Shown here piece after piece: positions 58,986-64,000 of a stretch of DNA of 64,000 nucleotides. The stretch's first letter is position 1, and each line of letters begins with the position of its first letter. The translations under genes and the position numbers were made by a program. The notes under the pieces are model-generated. The model saw only the letters and a list, made by a program, of their open reading frames with translations. It did no database searches and had not been told where the DNA came from. The stretch lies in NCBI GenBank assembly GCA_030426245.1, contig JAUHYZ010000007.1, positions 25,881 to 89,880 of the forward strand, read 5' to 3'. The stretch is from Alphaproteobacteria bacterium. GTDB lineage: Bacteria; Pseudomonadota; Alphaproteobacteria; Sphingomonadales; Sphingomonadaceae.

Positions 58986-59145
58986 CATCCTGCGATTCTC
59001 ATCCAGCTTCAGCTAGCGCCGAGACCGCTTGAGCCGCCTTGCGCAGCTTGCCCGTTTTCGTCCAACCCTACGAAATTTTGTGACCGCCTGGATCGAACGA
59101 GGTAATGCTGGCATCTGCCATGATCATACCGATGCGGATATGCCC

Positions 59146-59571
59146 TTATATAAGCTCTAGCGTCTTCAGGATTTGCATCATTACCGTCTTCAGCTTTCCG
59201 TCTGGGGGAAGCTGACCCTGCGCTTGTTTGAAAAGCTCAGGGTCATTGAGGCAAACACAGGCCAATGCTACGTCCAGATCATCCATGACGTCGCCTTCAA
59301 GACCCAGTGGTTCAGTCAGTTTTGTTGCAAAGGCGAGGCAAAGAAGAAAATTGCCCAGGAACTCCATGCTTGCGGAGTCAGGCATATCTTTCAAATTTTT
59401 GCTGAACGCCTTCAACTGGGATATCAGCTTCGAAACGTCCCGCTCTTTACCCTCTTCAGGTTGGTCAAATTCCAGTTCAACTACGAAGATAGGTTTGTTG
59501 TCGGCATCCTTGCCGACTTCGATGCCAATCATGGGATCGCCGTTGGGCCAAACTGGTTGCTGGAACTTCAT
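59146..59571 (-). CDS. Hypothetical protein
   Basis: GAGGTG RBS before ATG 59571; 141 aa; no motif recognised. Confidence 0.6.
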   Translation of the reverse strand: MKFQQPVWPNGDPMIGIEVGKDADNKPIFVVELEFDQPEEGKERDVSKLISQLKAFSKNLKDMPDSASMEFLGNFLLCLAFATKLTEPLGLEGDVMDDLDVALACVCLNDPELFKQAQGQLPPDGKLKTVMMQILKTLELI

Positions 59572-59788
59572 AAACACCTCGCTTGGGGCAATGCTTGTAG
59601 ACGTGGCCCGATACACATAGCACTCGTTCGAGTGACGGATAGTGAATAGTCTGGCGTTCCTCCCATCCATCTCTCCGGAAATAGTTCCAGGCGACTTACA
59701 ACTTGAGGAACAATGAGACGCGCCAGTTCATGATCGCGCTGGTCGGTAAGCAGGCATTTCCTGCCAAACGACACCGAGACCAAAATGA

Positions 59789-59846
59789 GACTTATACGTC
59801 TCCTCTTTCTGGACTGCCGCCTGCCTTTCGAGCACAGCCACGCTCA
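59789..59846 (+). promoter_or_regulatory. Operator/promoter block, copy 1
   Basis: GACTTATACGTCTC-N6-CTGGACTG-N10-TTCGAGCACAGC; aligns without gaps to 60695-60752. Confidence 0.7.
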
Positions 59847-59865
59847 GAAAAGGAGGCAATCGATC

Positions 59866-60393
59866 ATGCAGAGAATAGTCAAATACCCAGCGCCCCTAGC
59901 GCTCGCCGCGGGTGTTGCGATGGTTGCGGCGCCAGCCTGTGCGGCCGACGAACCAGCTCCAGTTTTTGATTTTCTGGGTCAGGACACCGAAACGCCAACG
60001 ACCATGACCGAGCTTCTGGGCGAACCATGCAGACGCAAAGGGGAAGAGCTGACATGCAATGCCTACGGGGTTGAACTTGCAGGCCTATACATGAAGCACA
60101 TTTCGATGAGCTATTACCATGACCGGCTCTATTCGGTCTCCGGTGCCTTCTCCAATAAAGTAGTCGACAGGATGCTGGCGTCGTTCAGTGCAAAATACGG
60201 TGCGCCGCAAACCGAAACACAGGTCTGGCAGAACCGGGCCGGTTCGACATTCGACAATCAGACCTATGCCTGGACCTTCGCCAGCGGAAATCTCGTACTG
60301 AAAGAGCTTGGCTGGGATCTGGATACTGCAGGCTTCGAGTTCACTTCGGCAAAGAACGCGCCTCCGCCCGAGCCGCCGGTCGTGGACTTCTGA
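59866..60393 (+). CDS. Secreted/periplasmic hypothetical protein
   Basis: AGGAGG RBS, signal peptide (..APACA/A), 'KYGAP' motif. Confidence 0.7.
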   Translation: MQRIVKYPAPLALAAGVAMVAAPACAADEPAPVFDFLGQDTETPTTMTELLGEPCRRKGEELTCNAYGVELAGLYMKHISMSYYHDRLYSVSGAFSNKVVDRMLASFSAKYGAPQTETQVWQNRAGSTFDNQTYAWTFASGNLVLKELGWDLDTAGFEFTSAKNAPPPEPPVVDF

Positions 60394-60410
60394 GCTGCAC
60401 TGGCTGAAGC

Positions 60411-60656
60411 CTATTTGCGCCGATACGTTTTCTGGAATGCTTTGGCCTTGGCCTTGTCGACCAGTTCTGTGGCCTCGACATTCAGGGCATTGGCTATGCG
60501 CTCGAGGTTCTGGATGGAGATATTGCGCACGGCCCGCTCGACCCCGGAGATATAACCGCGATCAAGCCCGCTATCGGTAGCAAAGTCTTCCTGTGAGATT
60601 TCCTGCTCGGCGCGCAGGCGCCGAAGATTCCAGCCAATGCATGTCCTGAGGTCCAT
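60411..60656 (-). CDS. XRE-family HTH regulator (controller-protein-like)
   Basis: NLRRLR..QEISQE..A....LDRGYISGVER..RNISI.NLERIA.AL. Confidence 0.92.
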   Translation of the reverse strand: MDLRTCIGWNLRRLRAEQEISQEDFATDSGLDRGYISGVERAVRNISIQNLERIANALNVEATELVDKAKAKAFQKTYRRK

Positions 60657-60694
60657 CGCGCCGGACCATCAGCCGGTGCGACCGATCAGCCCAC

Positions 60695-60752
60695 GACTTA
60701 TATGCCTCATTTGACTGGACTGTGCCCGCCACTTCGAGCACAGCTGTGCTCA
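60695..60752 (+). promoter_or_regulatory. Operator/promoter block, copy 2
   Basis: GACTTATATGCCTC-N6-CTGGACTG-N10-TTCGAGCACAGC between the divergent XRE and nuclease genes. Confidence 0.7.
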
Positions 60753-61915
60753 TGGCAAGAGCACGCGGAACCCCGGTACTGGTGATGGAAGCTGGAGGGC
60801 GACAGCCCCTTGAACGGATTTATCTCGGGAAGGGCAATCACAATGAGAACTGGCTGCAGGCGCTGATCCAGGCTCATCCTCATCTGCTGCCTGTGGCAGA
60901 CATCGAGCCGGGTTTCGGCGATGTAGTGCCGCTTGCCCGCGAGGTGCCATGCGAGCGCGGTTTTATCGACAATCTCTTCATGACGCCTTCAGGCGATATC
61001 GTGCTGGTGGAGACCAAGCTTTGGCGCAATAACGAGATCCGCCGCGAGGTTGTGGCACAGGCCCTCGACTATGTCGCCGCACTGACTGCCATGTCCTATG
61101 CCGAGTTCGAAAATGCCGTTGCCAGGGGAGAGGGTGCGCCTTCTCGCATCTACGATCTCTTTGCCGATCATCCCGAAGCACTGGAAGAAGCGCGCTTTAT
61201 CGACGCAGCCTCCAATAACCTTCGGCGCGGCCGAATGCTGGTCATGGTGCTGGGCGACGGGATCCGCCGCGAGACCGAAGCCCTGGCAAGTCTTCTCCAG
61301 AGCCATGCCGGCGCGCATTTTACCTTTTCGCTCATTGAAGTGGCGACCTGGAGAACGGGTACAGGCAGCATCCTTGCCATTCCCGATACGCTGGCCAAGA
61401 CGGTGATGATCGAGCGCGGCATAGTCCGTATGGAAAGCACGGGCCTCGCCGTCAGTCCTCCGCCGCCTGAGACCAAACCGCGCGCGCAGTCGATCAGCAT
61501 GCAGGACTTCATGGGTCTGATGGCGGAGCGCAATCCGGGCCTGCCGGATGCCATTGATGCCTTTCTCGAAGCGGCTCAGCCGCTGGGCGTCTACGGAGAC
61601 CTCAAGGCCAGTCTGAGTTTCAAGGTCGATCTACCCGGTCTCAACCGTCCAGCCAATTTCGGCTATATCGACAGGAATGCGAAGTTCTGGTCGAGCCCTG
61701 CGGCCTGGAACCTGCCGGAACATGTCTGGCGGCCCTATTTCGATACTCTGGCCTCGCTGATCGGCGGCCATGTGATCGACGAGCCCAATAATTGCTTTGT
61801 CGCCTTGAGCGGCCGATCGGCGCCCCGGATCACCGACCTTCTGCCTGCCCACCAAGAGGCCTGGATCGCGGCGATCGCAGCTGCACTCAAGGCGCTGCGC
61901 GAAGATGACAGCTGA
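60752..61915 (+). CDS. PD-(D/E)XK-superfamily (NucS/EndoMS-like) nuclease domain protein
   Basis: E..LQ, IDNL......IVLVETK, QALDY motifs. Confidence 0.7.
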   Translation: MARARGTPVLVMEAGGRQPLERIYLGKGNHNENWLQALIQAHPHLLPVADIEPGFGDVVPLAREVPCERGFIDNLFMTPSGDIVLVETKLWRNNEIRREVVAQALDYVAALTAMSYAEFENAVARGEGAPSRIYDLFADHPEALEEARFIDAASNNLRRGRMLVMVLGDGIRRETEALASLLQSHAGAHFTFSLIEVATWRTGTGSILAIPDTLAKTVMIERGIVRMESTGLAVSPPPPETKPRAQSISMQDFMGLMAERNPGLPDAIDAFLEAAQPLGVYGDLKASLSFKVDLPGLNRPANFGYIDRNAKFWSSPAAWNLPEHVWRPYFDTLASLIGGHVIDEPNNCFVALSGRSAPRITDLLPAHQEAWIAAIAAALKALREDDS

Positions 61916-61988
61916 CCGCGCCCCAAGGGCCAGATAATCCAAAAGCTGCGTCTCGACTTCCCGCGCAATTGAGGGCTGTGTCGAGCCC

Positions 61989-62225
61989 ATGGATACCGGC
62001 CCGCACCACGAAGTTGAAGATCCTGACATCGTTAGCCTGCTAGTTCTGGAAGCCGGCAGACTCATGGAAGATGCATCACCGGACTTCGCCCTGAAGCTGC
62101 CGGAAACCAAGGCTGAGCGAGGTGAAACGCTCAACGCCATGCTGGAAGCTGCCGCTGCCATACATTCCCTGATGACAGCCGCAGTCGCCGCGAACAATCT
62201 GCATGGATCCCGGCTACCACGCTAG
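61989..62225 (+). CDS. Small helical hypothetical protein
   Basis: 78 aa; preceded by the island's shared upstream motif at the same 37-nt spacing as the nuclease gene. Confidence 0.5.
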   Translation: MDTGPHHEVEDPDIVSLLVLEAGRLMEDASPDFALKLPETKAERGETLNAMLEAAAAIHSLMTAAVAANNLHGSRLPR

Positions 62226-62282
62226 GAGCTGGCTCCGCACCATGCAGGCCATCCAACCACCGCAAAGGCTGCTCCACCTCGC

Positions 62283-62741
62283 TTAGCCGCTGTCACCGGC
62301 TTCGCTGCCCTTGCCTCCCTCCTTCCAGGCGGCCTCTTCTGCCTCCAGTTCCTCCAGCAATTGCTGAGACTTTGCGAGCAGCTGCAGTTCCGCCTGCGTG
62401 AACTCGGTCGAGCAGTCCCCGCCGAGTTCATCGATCTTCTGACTTTGCAGAGCCAGAACCCCCAGCTTGTCCAGATGCTGAAGGAGCTGCAGTCGCTCCT
62501 TGAACGGTGCCTTCATCGCATCGCGAACCAGTCCCATTGCCATGACATGCGATAGCGGCACTTGCTGTTTCTTGCCGCCCATCGTCACCGGAACCAGCTC
62601 GGACAGTTGCTCGGCCAGATCGTGAAGCAGTGGCCGGGGCGGCTTGCCGGCCTTCTTCTTGCCCGATGGATTGCCGCTTTGCCCCGGTTTCCACTGATGG
62701 CCTTTCGGCGGTTTGCCGTAGCCCACTTCATTGTCCTTCAT
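62283..62741 (-). CDS. DUF5681-family protein
   Basis: VGYGKPP...QWKPGQSGNPSG. Confidence 0.85.
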   Translation of the reverse strand: MKDNEVGYGKPPKGHQWKPGQSGNPSGKKKAGKPPRPLLHDLAEQLSELVPVTMGGKKQQVPLSHVMAMGLVRDAMKAPFKERLQLLQHLDKLGVLALQSQKIDELGGDCSTEFTQAELQLLAKSQQLLEELEAEEAAWKEGGKGSEAGDSG

Positions 62742-62764
62742 GTCGATACCCCCCTTCATACAGT

Positions 62765-64000
62765 TCAGGCAGCCGCCTGCTTGCCCGATTTTGCGCTGCG
62801 CCGTGCCTTGAGCTGTTCAAAATTGAGCCCGGTCTTGGCATGAATGGCGAGCTTGCCGGTCATCCCTTCCCAGCGCCTGATCGCGACATCGACATAGGCA
62901 GGATCCAGCTCGATCCCGCAGGCCTTGCGCGAGGACTTTTCGGCAGCGAGGATTGTCGTGCCCGATCCAAGAAATGGATCGAGCACCAGCGCGCCGCGCT
63001 TGGTCACATCGAGCAATGCATCGGCGACCATTTCGACCGGTTTTGGTGTCGGATGGTGAGCCAGCGCCTTGTTCGCAGAAGTGCCGGGCTTGTTGGCGCC
63101 GGGATAGGACCAGACATTGGTCCGATCGCGGCCGTTTTTGCCAAGCTTCACATTGTCCACAGCCAGCTTATCGCCCTTACAGAAGATGCACACGAGCTCA
63201 TGGGCGGACCGGTAGGGGACGCCCATGCCCCCCGAGCCCTTATTCCAGATCGCGATGTTAATATGCCGCAGCCCTGCCTTACGGCCTGCGGCCATGATCA
63301 CATCGACCGAACGCCAGTCGATGCAGGAAAAGAGGACAGCGCCATCGGCGAGAACCTCGCTGCACAGCACATGCACCTTGTCGCAGAACTGGGCGAACTC
63401 TGCGGCCGACATCTCGCCGGCGCCCTGCGCAAAGTCCTCATGTTTGACCTTGCCAAGCCCGCTGACAAATCCGGCAATCGGAATATTCCACGGCAGATCG
63501 GTAAAAATGCAGGCGGCCAATTGCTCCTTCAGGACAGTCTTGTAGCTTTCTGCATCCGTGGCATCGCCGCAGAACAGCCAGTGCTTGCCAAGCTGCCAGA
63601 GATCTCCCGGAATCGAGCAGACTTCTTCCGGCGGGGCAGGCTCGGCGGCTTCGATCGGTTCCTTTGCCTCGCTCTCTGTATCACTGGTGATGATATCGAC
63701 TTCAGAAAGCGAGAATCCCGTGGTTTCCAGATCGAATTCCAGCTCTTCCATTTCTAGCAAGAGCGGTCCCAGTGCCTCCACGTCCCAGTCGCCCGTCTCT
63801 CCGAGCCTGTTGAGCGTGACATGCAGCGCGGCCAGTTCATCTTCATCCAGATGGTCGACCACGACGCAGTAGACTTCGGTCGCACCGAGCTTTTTCATCG
63901 CTTCGACCACGATATGGCCATTGATGATCGTGCCATCTTCGCTGATCAGGACCGGGACCACCTGGCGATATTTTGCCGCGCTTTCAGCGACGCGTGCGAC
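62765..64000 (-). CDS. ParB-like N-terminus plus N4/N6 DNA methyltransferase (5' end outside window)
   Basis: PVLI..DG.II.GH, GDLWQLG.H...CGDA, TDLPWN, HPTPKP, VLDPFLGSGTT, GIELDP.Y; frame open to position 64000. Confidence 0.9.
   Translation of the reverse strand, partial: VARVAESAAKYRQVVPVLISEDGTIINGHIVVEAMKKLGATEVYCVVVDHLDEDELAALHVTLNRLGETGDWDVEALGPLLLEMEELEFDLETTGFSLSEVDIITSDTESEAKEPIEAAEPAPPEEVCSIPGDLWQLGKHWLFCGDATDAESYKTVLKEQLAACIFTDLPWNIPIAGFVSGLGKVKHEDFAQGAGEMSAAEFAQFCDKVHVLCSEVLADGAVLFSCIDWRSVDVIMAAGRKAGLRHINIAIWNKGSGGMGVPYRSAHELVCIFCKGDKLAVDNVKLGKNGRDRTNVWSYPGANKPGTSANKALAHHPTPKPVEMVADALLDVTKRGALVLDPFLGSGTTILAAEKSSRKACGIELDPAYVDVAIRRWEGMTGKLAIHAKTGLNFEQLKARRSAKSGKQAAA

Larger units (their letters stand above)
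48229..64000. mobile_element. Putative genomic island (serine-recombinase module plus cargo plus ParB-MTase module); boundaries approximate, right end outside window
   Basis: Abrupt switch from flagellar genes to recombinase, hypothetical and defence-type genes; a shared upstream motif occurs at four places; AT-richer cargo. Confidence 0.65.

Noticed and set aside
1-64000. tRNA/rRNA genes or a prophage
   Set aside because: No cloverleaf or rRNA-like sequence noticed; no capsid, portal or large terminase genes in the window.

Overview
GC-rich alphaproteobacterial DNA; gene content and order suggest Sphingomonadales (Erythrobacteraceae-like), which is an inference. Three zones. (1) 1-13.1 kb is an accessory mosaic cut up by six IS6-family copies or remnants, all in the same orientation. 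It holds a partial MFS transporter, a CmcJ/NvfI-like oxidoreductase, a Slam (type XI secretion) outer-membrane protein with a TbpB-like lipoprotein and a divergent two-component system, a GntP permease and a secreted esterase. (2) 13.1-48.1 kb is an essentially complete flagellar cluster (sigma54 activator / FliA / FlgM hierarchy) with recognisable sigma54 and sigma28 promoters. It has an unusually short FlgE/FlgD, a FliM without the CheY-binding peptide, a second divergent MotA/MotB-like pair, a PilZ protein and a diguanylate cyclase. (3) 48.2-64 kb is a putative mobile island: DUF3489-DUF2924-HTH-large serine recombinase, then cargo blocks (small Cys4 protein; ABC exporter; Dps/peroxiredoxin/ZIP/ferritin-like stress block). 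The cargo blocks are separated by clusters of a degenerate ~27-29 bp palindromic motif. Next come an XRE/PD-(D/E)XK nuclease module with duplicated operator-promoters and DUF5681 plus a ParB-DNA methyltransferase running off the window. The best candidate for an undescribed system is a serine-recombinase-linked, repeat-delimited cassette array with a structured RNA leader. No tRNA, rRNA or CRISPR array was seen. All family assignments are from motif recognition by eye, not database searches.
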